64,000 nucleotides of DNA from Myxococcota bacterium (GTDB lineage: Bacteria > Myxococcota_A > UBA796 > CAJQPC01): positions 1 through 64,000 of the forward strand of contig DASCPX010000112.1 of assembly GCA_036012755.1 (NCBI GenBank), written 5' to 3'. A model generated the notes under the pieces. The model saw nothing but the letters and a program-made list of their open reading frames with translations. It was not told the DNA's origin and ran no database searches. This document shows positions 20,829 through 30,658 of the stretch, in pieces. The position numbers were made by a program, and so were the translations under genes. Position 1 is the first letter of the stretch; every line of letters begins with the position of its first letter.

Positions 20829-21511
20829 TCGCAGAGCGCCTCCAGACCATTCGCTCCCGCATCGACGCCGCTGCTCTCGAGGCCGGCCGTCAGCCCTCGG
20901 ACGTGCGCCTCGTCGCCGTCAGCAAGACCAAGCCCATCGAGGACATACGGATGGCCTACGCTGCCGGTCAGCGGGACTTCGGCGAGAACTACGCCCAGGA
21001 GCTTCGCGACAAGGCCGCCGCGCTGGCCGATCTGCCAGGGATCCGCTGGCACTTCATCGGCCACCTCCAGCGCAACAAGGTCAAGTACGTCGTCAAGGCC
21101 TTCGCGACGATCCACGCGGTCGACTCGGTGAAGCTGGCCAGGGAGATCGCCAAGCGCGGCCCGGGGTGTGGTGTGCTCGTCGAGGTCAACGTCGGCGACG
21201 AGGGGAGCAAGTCCGGCGTCCCGGTGCGTGACGCCCTGGAGCTGGCTCGTGAGCTCCACGCGCTCGAGCACGTCGAGCTCGGCGGCCTGATGTGCATCCC
21301 GCCCCCGGGCGACACCCGCGCCTTCTCGACGATGGCGGAGCTGGCTCGAGAAGGCCGCGCCGAGGGACTCCCCCTGTCCGAGCTCAGCATGGGCATGAGC
21401 GAGGACTTCGAGGCTGCCATCGCCCACGGCGCCACCCTGATCCGCGTAGGCACCGCCATCTTCGGCTCGCGCAGCCCGGTGAAGTCGGTGATCGGGGCCC
21501 TCAGGGGCTAG
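20825..21511 (+). CDS. yggS: PLP homeostasis protein YggS
   Basis: VAVSKT, FGENYAQE, WHFIGHLQRNK, LSMGMS, RVGTAIFG. Confidence 0.95.
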   Translation: MIAERLQTIRSRIDAAALEAGRQPSDVRLVAVSKTKPIEDIRMAYAAGQRDFGENYAQELRDKAAALADLPGIRWHFIGHLQRNKVKYVVKAFATIHAVDSVKLAREIAKRGPGCGVLVEVNVGDEGSKSGVPVRDALELARELHALEHVELGGLMCIPPPGDTRAFSTMAELAREGRAEGLPLSELSMGMSEDFEAAIAHGATLIRVGTAIFGSRSPVKSVIGALRG

Positions 21512-23034
21512 AACGCGAAGGGGACCACGTGGGCGCCGCCCGGGTCGACGCGGACCTGCGAGTACTTCGGCGCCCGACCTGGCACCACCGCCTTGACGAG
21601 GTGGTTGCCCGGCGCGAGGTGGAGACCGTCGATGGGGGTGTATCCACGCCGGCGGCCGTCGATGTAGATGAGGGCGCGTGGCTCGCTGTGTACGACCAAC
21701 AAGCCGGTCTCGTAGATCGCCTGGCGTGCCGCTTCCTCGCTCTCGGCCGTCGCGGCGATGCTGGGTGCTTCTGGCTCGGCCACCACGGCCTCCGGGGCCG
21801 GAGGTTCCACGGCGGGCACCGGGGGTTCCACATCGACGACGGCGGGCGCCTCGGGCTCGGCGGCGTCGACCGTGGGCTCGGCGGCGTCGATGGTCGCCAG
21901 CTCGGTGGTCTCGGTGACCTCGACCGTGGGTGTGGTCTTCGGGGCCTCTCCGCCGAACCTGGAGAAGGCCAGCGCGCCGATGGCGATGAAGATGACCAGC
22001 GCCGCGACGACCCTCAGGAACGTGGTGCGCCGGGCCGCGCGCTCCTTTTCGTCTCGGGTTGCACCGCGGAAGTCCGGAGCGCTCTCCGGAGTCTCCCAGG
22101 TGGCCTTCTTCTCCGGCAGGGGCGACTGGGCCGGACCCGTCTCCCACCACGCTCGGGGGCTCGAGCCGCGACGAGAAGGCAGCGCGCGCTCCGGGTCATC
22201 CCGCCAGACCTCGGCGTCCCCTTCGTCCCGGGGACCATCCTCGTTCGAGAAGCGTTCGAGGACCATGTCTTCACGCACGACGACGCCACGGCCACGCGGG
22301 AGTGGGCCGAACTCGATGACGTCGCTGGGCGGGTCGGCGAAGTCTTCGTCGTTGCGACCGGCCACCAGGTTGAACAGGCTGTCGTCGCTGTGCTCTTCGA
22401 AGACGCTGACGTTGTCCTCGCTGCCCTCTCGACTCTCCCAGCCGTCCTGGTCGTAGTTGGTGCCCAGCCCCTCCGCGCGGCGCTCTGGGGCAGGCATGCG
22501 GATCTGGAGCTTCGGCCCGGTGTTGTCGACGCGCCGTCCGGGCTCTGGCACGAAGTCCGCGCTCGAGCCCTCGGTCGCCTCTTCCTGGATCTCCTCCTCG
22601 CCGTCGTCGACGAAGCCGTAGACCTCGTCTGCGGGCACCGCCATCTCCGTGTCCATCTCCGGGTCGGGCCGGTCGACCGGCCCGCCGGCTGGCAGCGTGT
22701 CGAACTCCTCCTCGAAGAGCCCGTACGCCGGCTCGGTGAAGCCTGAGTGACCCTCGGGCGGCACGGTCACGGGGATGAACCCCGGCGGGATGGCGCTGTT
22801 GACCTCGAGGACCTCGCCGGTTGGCTCGGCGACGGCGTCCACGCTGTCCTCGAGGCCCGGGAGCGGACCGGTCAACTCGGGGTTCGGGAGCTGAGGGACG
22901 CTGGGCGGCCCTCGGCGCTTCTTCTTGCGCTGCGGCATCGGCGTCAGTCCCTGCATCAGGGCGTCGTCGGGACCTCCAAAGAGGCCTCGCCGTCTCCTGC
23001 TCAGTGACTTGTCGCTCTTGTCGCGGTCGGACAT
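21508..23034 (-). CDS. Membrane protein with long acidic disordered N-region and C-terminal PEGA domain
   Basis: Single TM; VHSEPRALIYIDG..GYTP..LAPGNHLV. Confidence 0.75.
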   Translation of the reverse strand: MSDRDKSDKSLSRRRRGLFGGPDDALMQGLTPMPQRKKKRRGPPSVPQLPNPELTGPLPGLEDSVDAVAEPTGEVLEVNSAIPPGFIPVTVPPEGHSGFTEPAYGLFEEEFDTLPAGGPVDRPDPEMDTEMAVPADEVYGFVDDGEEEIQEEATEGSSADFVPEPGRRVDNTGPKLQIRMPAPERRAEGLGTNYDQDGWESREGSEDNVSVFEEHSDDSLFNLVAGRNDEDFADPPSDVIEFGPLPRGRGVVVREDMVLERFSNEDGPRDEGDAEVWRDDPERALPSRRGSSPRAWWETGPAQSPLPEKKATWETPESAPDFRGATRDEKERAARRTTFLRVVAALVIFIAIGALAFSRFGGEAPKTTPTVEVTETTELATIDAAEPTVDAAEPEAPAVVDVEPPVPAVEPPAPEAVVAEPEAPSIAATAESEEAARQAIYETGLLVVHSEPRALIYIDGRRRGYTPIDGLHLAPGNHLVKAVVPGRAPKYSQVRVDPGGAHVVPFAF

Positions 23035-23113
23035 CCGCGGTCTCGATACCTCCGGGCCCCGCCAGCAGGCGCCCTCACCATCTTACCCGCCAGTTGCGGG
23101 ACTGTTGCGGCCG

Positions 23114-23605
23114 TCAGGCCCAGATTTCGGCGAGTTCCGTTGGCACGTCGCCTCCCTCGGCGAGGTCGGCGACCGCATATTCCCGCCCTTCGACCACCGA
23201 GACGTGGAGTCCACGTGGCGTGTGGCGGCTCTTCAATTGACCCATGCTCACCATCTGCTGGACGAGCGCTCGGACGACGAGCTGCTCCCCCGTCTCCAGG
23301 CCACGGAGCACGTTGTCGAGGCGGGTGCTGTTGAGCCCGACGATGCCGCGCTCGACGAGCTGAGCGCTGAGGTCGCGCAGGAGCCCTCGCTCGGCGACGT
23401 CGTCTTCGCACCGGGCCGTCTCTTCGGTCCACCAGGTCTCGATGCTGCCGATGCGGCGGATCGTCTCCACGTCCCCCGGTTCGAAGCGCAGCGTCTCGGG
23501 CAAGCGCTTCTCAGCGACCAGGATCCGGATGAGATCGAAGGGGTGGATGGCCAACTCGCGGGCGACGGCGGTCAGGCTGAGACGAGAGAGCTTGTCCAGT
23601 CCCAT
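23114..23605 (-). CDS. Hypothetical protein with a probable HTH
   Basis: SLTAVARELAIHPFDLIRIL; TGATG coupling at 23605. Confidence 0.6.
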   Translation of the reverse strand: MGLDKLSRLSLTAVARELAIHPFDLIRILVAEKRLPETLRFEPGDVETIRRIGSIETWWTEETARCEDDVAERGLLRDLSAQLVERGIVGLNSTRLDNVLRGLETGEQLVVRALVQQMVSMGQLKSRHTPRGLHVSVVEGREYAVADLAEGGDVPTELAEIWA

Positions 23606-24645
23606 CAGGGCTTCTCCGGCGCGGCGGACTCTCCGAAGAGGTCCTCTTCGAAGGTGTCGGGATCCGAGGTTCCCTCTGAATCGGGTCGAGCTTCTTCCCC
23701 CGCCTCGTCGCTCTTGTCGATCGTGTCCTCCGGTGGGTTGAGCACCTCTGGAGGCAACCACAGGGTGTACAGCTCGAGCATCGCCACGCCGAGCTCGCTG
23801 GCGTCGAAGCGCACCTGGTCGAGGATCTCTGCGGCGAGCTCCTTGACGTCTCCGGTGACCTTCTCCGAGCCGAACCAGACCTGGACGGTGAGCTTGCCCT
23901 CGAAGGAGCGGTAGCTGATGGGCGCGGCGGGCACTCCCGCGCGGGTCGCCAACTCGGCGGCTGCAGCGACCATGCGGAAGGCGAGCAGCGCGCTGAGGTC
24001 CTCTCCGCCGTCCTCCCAGTGGTTGTAGATGTCGGCGTCGACCGGAAGGACCAGGACCAGGGACTCGGGGTTGTCCTCGACGAGGTCCACGCTGGCGATG
24101 ATCGCGATGCCGCGGGTGTCCGCGTCGACCGGGTCCGCCGGCCCGTTGATGAGCTTGAGGACGGGCGCGAGGCGCCGCTTGACCTGCTGGTGATGGTCGA
24201 GGATGGCCCTGCGGTAGCTGCTCGGGAGCGAGCCGAGGCCGGCTTCCATCTCGCGGAACCGCTCGAACTCGTCGATCGATCGCGCGAGCTCCGCATCCTG
24301 GAGCAGCGTCTCGGCCTTGTTCCGGTCCTCTTCGATCCGCTGAGCGACGATCCGGCCACGCTCAGCGGTCAGGTCGCGGTCCTCCTGCAGTGCCTGGACG
24401 ACAGCCCCGTAGCTGCGGGCGATCTCCTCGCCGTCGAGCTTGCCGTTGCGCTCCCTGATCTGGGTCCGAAGGACCTCCAAGGCCTCTATCTGGCGCTCGA
24501 GGGCCTTGATGCCTTCGCTCAGGCGGGCCTCCTCGGCGTTGACCTCCGTGAGCTGAGTCGATGCCTCCTCTTCGGCGGACTCGCGCCATCGGGTGATGGC
24601 CTCCAACGCCGCTATCAGACGCGGGGCGGCAGAATCGGACGTCAT
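23605..24645 (-). CDS. Hypothetical coiled-coil protein
   Basis: Heptad-rich N-terminal half, alpha/beta C-domain, acidic tail; start uncertain. Confidence 0.65.
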   Translation of the reverse strand: MTSDSAAPRLIAALEAITRWRESAEEEASTQLTEVNAEEARLSEGIKALERQIEALEVLRTQIRERNGKLDGEEIARSYGAVVQALQEDRDLTAERGRIVAQRIEEDRNKAETLLQDAELARSIDEFERFREMEAGLGSLPSSYRRAILDHHQQVKRRLAPVLKLINGPADPVDADTRGIAIIASVDLVEDNPESLVLVLPVDADIYNHWEDGGEDLSALLAFRMVAAAAELATRAGVPAAPISYRSFEGKLTVQVWFGSEKVTGDVKELAAEILDQVRFDASELGVAMLELYTLWLPPEVLNPPEDTIDKSDEAGEEARPDSEGTSDPDTFEEDLFGESAAPEKP

Positions 24646-24761
24646 GGGGCAGTCACTCCAGTTGGCCTCGCTCGAAGGCTCCGTGGAGACCGACACCGTC
24701 TTCCCTGGCGTCGGCCTCTGACGGAGCGCCACACACTACCATCGCGGTAGACTCGACCACC

Positions 24762-26222
24762 ATGGCGGCTCCAGACGACGTGCGCGACGACCACGAGAGC
24801 CCCGGGCAATCCCTGGAGCCGGCGCCGACGGACTGGGTGATCCAGGCACGCTCGGTCAGCAAGCGCTTCGACATCTACCTCAACGACCGCTCGCGCTTCG
24901 TCGAGTTCTTCGGGAGGCGCAAGCACCACCAGGAGCACTGGGCCCTCCGGAACCTCGACTTCGAGGTGCGTCGGGGGCGCAGCTTTGGCGTGATCGGGGC
25001 CAACGGGGCTGGCAAGTCGACGCTCCTGAAGCTCATCGCGGGCATCTCGGAGCCGACTCGGGGACGCCTGGACGTCCGCGCCCCCATCTCGACCCTTTTG
25101 GACCTGGGACTGGGCTTCCACCAGAACTTCACTGGGCGAGAGAACATCCACCTGAACTGCTCGCTCCTGGGCATGAAGCGCGAGATCGCGGAGGAGCGGC
25201 TGCCGCTGATGATCGAGTTCGCCGAGCTCGGCGAGTTCATCGACTACCCGGTCCGCACCTACAGCTCGGGCATGGCGCTGCGCCTGGGCTTCGCGATCGC
25301 CGCCCACATGGACAGCGACATCTTCCTGGTGGACGAGGTCCTCGCCGTCGGAGACCAGTACTTCCAGCGCAAGTGCGTGCGGAAGATCGAGGAGTTCCTC
25401 GAGCGGGGTCGCACCATCGTCCTCGTCAGCCATGACCTCCACGCCATCCGCAGCCTCTGTGACGACGCCATGTGGCTCGACCGCGGCGAGATCCGCGCGC
25501 TCGGCCCCGCCCGCGAGGTCGTCGGGCGCTACCTCGACCTCGACCGGGAGCTTGCCGGGGCCCAACGCCGTCCGTCCAAGCCCACGCTCGTCCACGAGAC
25601 GGCGGCCCCTCCCACCCAGGAGCCGCGCTACCACGCCACCGTCGACGACCCGGAGCTGCGGCGGGTGGTCGGCGAGGCCTGCGAGCTTCCAGACGCCGCG
25701 ACGCTCTGGGCCGAGCAGGTCGAGACGAAGCCCTTCGAGAACTACGACGGCGACAACGCCGTGCTCATCGGCTCGGGAGAGATCCGCATCCTGAACGTGC
25801 AGATACTCGATGGGCGAGGGCAGCCCCGCGAGCGCTTCCGCTCGGGCGAGGACCTCCTCATCGCGGTCAGCTTCCGCACGACGGAGCCCGTCGAGCGGCC
25901 CATCCTCGGGGTCGCCATCCACCGAAACGACGGGACCTACGTCTACGGCCCGAACACTCGCTTCGACGAGGTCCTCGACGGGACCTTCCACGGCATCTAC
26001 ACGTTCTTCATTCGCTACCCCAGGCTGCCGCTGTTGTCCGGCCGCTACCGGGTCAGCATCGCCGTCTTCGACAAGAACCACCTGAAGCCACACGTGTGGC
26101 ACAACCAGCTCTACGACTTCGAGGTCGCGCAGGATGTCGAGGACCACGGCATGGTGTCGATGGACCACGCCTGGGGCCTCATTACGCACATCGAGGGAGA
26201 CGGGGCCGACCTCGACGAATAG
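24762..26222 (+). CDS. wzt: Polysaccharide ABC exporter ATPase with Wzt_C domain
   Basis: GANGAGKSTLLK, YSSGMALRLGF, DEVLAVGD; C-terminal GSGEIRI...LLSGRY. Confidence 0.88.
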   Translation: MAAPDDVRDDHESPGQSLEPAPTDWVIQARSVSKRFDIYLNDRSRFVEFFGRRKHHQEHWALRNLDFEVRRGRSFGVIGANGAGKSTLLKLIAGISEPTRGRLDVRAPISTLLDLGLGFHQNFTGRENIHLNCSLLGMKREIAEERLPLMIEFAELGEFIDYPVRTYSSGMALRLGFAIAAHMDSDIFLVDEVLAVGDQYFQRKCVRKIEEFLERGRTIVLVSHDLHAIRSLCDDAMWLDRGEIRALGPAREVVGRYLDLDRELAGAQRRPSKPTLVHETAAPPTQEPRYHATVDDPELRRVVGEACELPDAATLWAEQVETKPFENYDGDNAVLIGSGEIRILNVQILDGRGQPRERFRSGEDLLIAVSFRTTEPVERPILGVAIHRNDGTYVYGPNTRFDEVLDGTFHGIYTFFIRYPRLPLLSGRYRVSIAVFDKNHLKPHVWHNQLYDFEVAQDVEDHGMVSMDHAWGLITHIEGDGADLDE

Positions 26223-26233
26223 TCTTGGAGGAG

Positions 26234-27580
26234 ATGGCACGCGTCTTCCTCGTGGGCTCCGGTCCGCTGCCACGCGACAACCCGGATCGTCTTGGCTTCC
26301 CCCAGCTGCGGGTGAGCTGGTTCCTCGACGCGATCGTCGGGGCGAATCACGACGTGCGGCTCGTCCTGCTCGGCGAGGAGGACAAGCCCCTGGCCAGGCA
26401 GACCTGGCTCGGGCGCGACATCCAGGTCGTCCACGTACCCAACGACTCCGCCGACCGGATCAGCCACGTGCGGGCTCTCCGGGCGGAGTTCCGTCCGGAT
26501 CGTGTCGTGTCGGCGGGACCCTACGAGCCGGCTCGGGTGGCGGCGCTGAGTGTCGGCGACGAGCCCCTGTTCGTGGACGTCCCGGGTGACCCCTTCGCAG
26601 AGGCCCAGGCGAAGTCGGCCCACGCGGGCGAGGGCGACCACACCGGCGCGATGCGTGAAGCCTGGCTCCCGGCGCTGTGCCGTGCGGACGCTTTCGCCAC
26701 CATCAGCCGCAGCCAGCGGGCGGCGCTGCTCGGACAGCTGGGCCTGTTGGGGCGCCTGGGCGTCGAGCCGGCGGACCACCGCTGGGTGGAGGTGGTCCCG
26801 GCCATCTACGACTTCGGCGGGCTCTCCGGCGGCCAGCCGCGGTCCTGGAAGGAGAAGGGGGAGCTCGTGGTCGCCATCTGCGGCGGCTACAACACCTGGC
26901 TCGACACGGACACCTTGCTCGACGGGCTGCTCCTGGCGATGGAGGAGGTCCCGGCGCTCCGCGTCATCTCGACCGGGGGCGGCATCGCGGGCCACCACAC
27001 CAGCTCCTACGATGCCTTCCGAGACCGGGCCCTGGCATCACCCCACGGCCGGCGGTTCACCTTCCATGGCTGGGTCCCGCACCAGGTCCTGCCCGGGCTC
27101 CTCAGCGCCGCGCACATCGGCGTGACCCTGGACCGCCCTGGCGCGGAGGCGGAGCTCGGGACCCGCACGCGGGTGTTGTTCTACGGACACCGGGGGCTCG
27201 GCGTGTTCGCCACGCCTCGGAGCGACCTGACGCGGGAGCTGGCGGGGATCCGTATGATCCAGGCCATCGCCCCAGGAGACCCGGAGCACCTCGCCAGGAT
27301 GCTGGGGCGAGCTTGGGAGGAAGGCAGCGACGGCACACGCCAGGCCAGGCTCCAGGGCTACCTCACGAGCCGTTACAGCGCCGAAGTCGTACTGCGGGGA
27401 CTGCTCCAGTGGATCGAAGAGGCCCAGCGGACCACCCCGGCAGAGGACATGGGCGCCGCCCTCGTCCGCCAGGTCACGGCCCTGCGGGCAGAGCTCGCCG
27501 CGGTGCACCAGAGCCCCACGTGGAGGGCGTCTTCGCAGGCCCGACGGATGCTGGGTCGGCTCTTCGGTGACGAGACGTAA
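26234..27580 (+). CDS. GT-B glycosyltransferase (family 4-like)
   Basis: FHGWVPH..L..AHIG; C-terminal SPTWR coiled tail; follows wzt. Confidence 0.7.
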   Translation: MARVFLVGSGPLPRDNPDRLGFPQLRVSWFLDAIVGANHDVRLVLLGEEDKPLARQTWLGRDIQVVHVPNDSADRISHVRALRAEFRPDRVVSAGPYEPARVAALSVGDEPLFVDVPGDPFAEAQAKSAHAGEGDHTGAMREAWLPALCRADAFATISRSQRAALLGQLGLLGRLGVEPADHRWVEVVPAIYDFGGLSGGQPRSWKEKGELVVAICGGYNTWLDTDTLLDGLLLAMEEVPALRVISTGGGIAGHHTSSYDAFRDRALASPHGRRFTFHGWVPHQVLPGLLSAAHIGVTLDRPGAEAELGTRTRVLFYGHRGLGVFATPRSDLTRELAGIRMIQAIAPGDPEHLARMLGRAWEEGSDGTRQARLQGYLTSRYSAEVVLRGLLQWIEEAQRTTPAEDMGAALVRQVTALRAELAAVHQSPTWRASSQARRMLGRLFGDET

Positions 27581-27592
27581 GCCAACTGTCAC

Positions 27593-27626
27593 TTGTTATC
27601 TATGCAGGCAGGTGCATAGTCATGCA
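27593..27626 (+). promoter_or_regulatory. Tandem ARG boxes (ArgR operator)
   Basis: TTGTTATCTATGCA (27593-27606) and TGCATAGTCATGCA (27613-27626), 20-bp period, in an AT-rich patch directly upstream of the ArgA-like gene. Confidence 0.75.
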
Positions 27627-27643
27627 GCCGCATCGAGGTCCGC

Positions 27644-28087
27644 GTGCTGGAGCTTCGCAAACCCAAGGTCACCGACGTCGCCGCGATGCAGGCCTTGATG
27701 GCGCCTCACGTCCTCGCCGAGTCCCTGCTCCCACGCACGCGGCTGAGCATCGTGAAGGGGCTCCGCGACTACACCCTGGCCGAGGACGGGGGCGACCTGG
27801 TCGGGCTCGCCAGCGTGAGCCTGGTCGATGTCCACCTCGCCGAGATCGGGGCGGTCGTGTGCGAGAACCCCGAGCTGTTGGAAGAGCTCCTCGGCGCCGT
27901 CCTCGACGAGGCCCGGGCCATGGGCGTCGAGCGGGTGTTCATCCTCGCGAGGGATCCAGCTCCATACGAGGCGGTGGGCTTCGCACGGACGGACATCGAG
28001 ACGCTCCCCGAGAAGCGCGACCGCCAGTGTCTGCGCTGTCTGCGCCAGCCGCGGTGTCGGCAGGTGGCGCTGCTCAGGCAGGTCTAG
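27644..28087 (+). CDS. argA: Short GNAT N-acetylglutamate synthase
   Basis: LLPRT, LAEIGAV, LPEK..QCLRC...C pattern of single-domain ArgA; ARG boxes upstream. Confidence 0.7.
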   Translation: MLELRKPKVTDVAAMQALMAPHVLAESLLPRTRLSIVKGLRDYTLAEDGGDLVGLASVSLVDVHLAEIGAVVCENPELLEELLGAVLDEARAMGVERVFILARDPAPYEAVGFARTDIETLPEKRDRQCLRCLRQPRCRQVALLRQV

Positions 28088-29565
28088 AACAGCGGCTCAC
28101 CAGGCTCTCTGGGGTCCTTGTGGGCCCCCCGGACCTCCAGTTCCTCGACCTGTGCCCTTGGAGGAGGCGGCCCGGCCGGCGCTCCGCGCTCGGCGACGTA
28201 GTAGCGGCTCGCGAAGTAGCGGACCGTGTCGTCATCCCCGGGCACGAGGCGGACGTAGTTCCAGCCGTTCTGGAGGAAGAAGAACTCGTCCCGACCATCC
28301 TGGTACATGCGGTACCAGGTGTCGGTTCCGTCCACGAAGCGGACGTAGAGGTACGGGTCAGTGGCCCCGAGGCTGAGCTCCACGGTGCCGACACCGTCGC
28401 TGTCTTCGTAGGTGCCCTCGTACTTCGTCCAGCCGTCGGGGTCGGTGCGCACCTCCTCCGGATCGGGCTCGTCGAGCTCCCCGAGGAAGAGCTCGATCGC
28501 GCTGTGGGCGAGTCCGTATGGGTTCCACGTGCCGGAGTTGGCGACGACCACGACGCCGAAGTCCTCTTCGGGGACCATGAGCACGTAGCTGCGGTGGCCG
28601 CCGCCGGAGCCACCGTGGCCGACCAGCTGCACGTCGCCCTCTGACCACGCGAAGTAGCCGTAGCCAGCCGAGCTCAGCGACGCGGTGTAGGTGGGGTGCT
28701 GGGCGTGCATGCCCACCCAGACGCCGGCGTCGACGAGGTCCCCGGCGAGCTGGGCCTCGACGCTGTGGGCGAGGTCCTCGACGCTTCCGTGGAGCCAGCC
28801 CGCGGGCCGCAGCCAGGGGCAGTCGTTGAGGTCGGGGGTGTAGTAGGCGCCGTTGCTGTAGCCGATGCTGTAGGGGTGTTGCGTGACCTCGGCGACGTCG
28901 AAGGTCGCGGTCTCCATGCCCGCGGGGTCGATGACCCAGGCACGCATGAGCTCGGTGAACTCGGTGCCGCTGGCGGACTCCAGCACCGCGCCTGCCAGTG
29001 ACCACCCGACGTTGGAGTAGTTGTAGAGCGTGCCAGGCTCGGCGTGCAGGGCCTCTGCGGAGTCGGTCCAGTGTTCTGAGAGGCTGGGGCTGCAGCTGGT
29101 GTCCCACCAGTCGGGCAGCGCCGTGGTGTGGGTCATCGCCTGGTGCAGGGTCAGGTCGTCGGGCGACCAGTCCCCGTCGATGGATGCCTCTGGAAGGTAG
29201 GTGCTGACCGGCTCCTCGAGGTCCACGATCCCCTCCTTGGCGAGCTGCATGGCCGCCAGGGCGACGTGCATCTTGGACACCGAGTTCCAGCGCATGACCG
29301 TGTCGGTCGTCAGCGGGATGTCCGAGCCGTAGGTCGCGTCGCCGAGCGCCGCGGCGTAGGCGAGCCTGCCATCGAGCACGACGGCAAAGGCCACCCCCGG
29401 GGGCCCGTCGTGGGTGTAGCGGTCGACGGCCTCGTCGAGCAGCGCCTCCCAGGCGATCTCGTCCTCGTCCACCCCGGTGTCGTGGACGTGATCCGGCTCG
29501 TGCTCGTGGACGAGTTGATCCGAGATGTCGTGCTCGTGGGAACAGGCAAGCGAAAGGGCGATCAT
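28084..29565 (-). CDS. Beta-lactamase-family serine hydrolase lipoprotein
   Basis: SVSK (SxxK), YSN, HGG motifs. Confidence 0.88.
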   Translation of the reverse strand: MIALSLACSHEHDISDQLVHEHEPDHVHDTGVDEDEIAWEALLDEAVDRYTHDGPPGVAFAVVLDGRLAYAAALGDATYGSDIPLTTDTVMRWNSVSKMHVALAAMQLAKEGIVDLEEPVSTYLPEASIDGDWSPDDLTLHQAMTHTTALPDWWDTSCSPSLSEHWTDSAEALHAEPGTLYNYSNVGWSLAGAVLESASGTEFTELMRAWVIDPAGMETATFDVAEVTQHPYSIGYSNGAYYTPDLNDCPWLRPAGWLHGSVEDLAHSVEAQLAGDLVDAGVWVGMHAQHPTYTASLSSAGYGYFAWSEGDVQLVGHGGSGGGHRSYVLMVPEEDFGVVVVANSGTWNPYGLAHSAIELFLGELDEPDPEEVRTDPDGWTKYEGTYEDSDGVGTVELSLGATDPYLYVRFVDGTDTWYRMYQDGRDEFFFLQNGWNYVRLVPGDDDTVRYFASRYYVAERGAPAGPPPPRAQVEELEVRGAHKDPREPGEPLF

Positions 29566-29587
29566 GAAGCACTCTCCGGGCGGGAGC

Positions 29588-30658
29588 TTATCCGCGTTGG
29601 CGGCGCTTCTTGTAGACCACCGCCAGGACCTTGGCGACCGGGGCGAAGAGCTCCTCCGGGATCATCTCGCCGACCTTGCCCGCGGCGTACAGTGCTCGCG
29701 CCAGGGGGCGGTTCTCGATGCGGATGATGTCGTTCTGTCGGGCCTCACGGCGGATCCTCAGCGCCATGTGGTCCACACCCATGGCCAGGATGATCGGTGC
29801 CGGAGCTTCGCCCTTGCGGTAGCGCAGGGCGACGGCGTAGTGGGTGGGGTTCGTGACGACGAGGTCGGCCTCCCTCACCCGGGCCAGCCCCATCCCCATG
29901 GCGACGAGGCGCTGGCGGCTCCGGCGAGCGGCCTTCATCAGCGGGTCGCCTTCCTGCTGCTTGCGCTCCTCCTTCAGCTCGTGGTCGGTCATCATGAGGT
30001 CGTCGTTGAGCTTCCAGTGGTTGTAGGCGTAGTCCGCCACCGCGATGACGAGCATCAGCGGTACGCTGTAGAGCACCAGGTCGAAGCCCAGGTCCACCAG
30101 CGTGCTGATCTGCTGGTCCGCCGGAAGCACCGCCATCGCCGGCAGCTCGAGGATGCGGTCTCGCATCCCGAAGGCCACGACCCCCGCCAGCGCGGCCAGC
30201 TTGGAGACCCCCTTGGCGAGCTCCATCAACGGAGTCCAGGAGAAGAACTTCTGCTTGGCGCCTGCGATGGGGTCCAGTCGCTCGGGCTTTGGCTCCAGGG
30301 CCTTTGGCGCCAGCCGGAAGCGTGTCTGGGCGAGGCCGACCGCGAGCACGCCCACGCAGATCGAGCCCAGCGGGACCGCCACGGCGATCGCGGCGGCCTT
30401 GACGCTTCGGTCCAACAGCAGCGTCGCGAGGCCGAGGTCCATGCTCTGGGGCCCGCCGAAGCTCCAGCACCACTGCATGAGCTCGCTCAGGGCCTCGGCA
30501 GCCGGGCCGAAGCCGTAGGCCAGGGCCACGGCCCCGCAGATCAGCACCGTCGCGGAGGACAGCTCCTGCGAGCGGACGATCTGCCCCTTCTCCGAGGCAT
30601 CCTCGAGGCGTTTTTCGGTGGGTTGGTGTTTCTTTTCCTGGCCGGAGTCATCCGCCAT
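29588..30658 (-). CDS. flhB: Flagellar export protein FlhB
   Basis: PTEKRL..G; TNPTHYAVAL autocleavage motif; LARALY. Confidence 0.95.
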   Translation of the reverse strand: MADDSGQEKKHQPTEKRLEDASEKGQIVRSQELSSATVLICGAVALAYGFGPAAEALSELMQWCWSFGGPQSMDLGLATLLLDRSVKAAAIAVAVPLGSICVGVLAVGLAQTRFRLAPKALEPKPERLDPIAGAKQKFFSWTPLMELAKGVSKLAALAGVVAFGMRDRILELPAMAVLPADQQISTLVDLGFDLVLYSVPLMLVIAVADYAYNHWKLNDDLMMTDHELKEERKQQEGDPLMKAARRSRQRLVAMGMGLARVREADLVVTNPTHYAVALRYRKGEAPAPIILAMGVDHMALRIRREARQNDIIRIENRPLARALYAAGKVGEMIPEELFAPVAKVLAVVYKKRRQRG

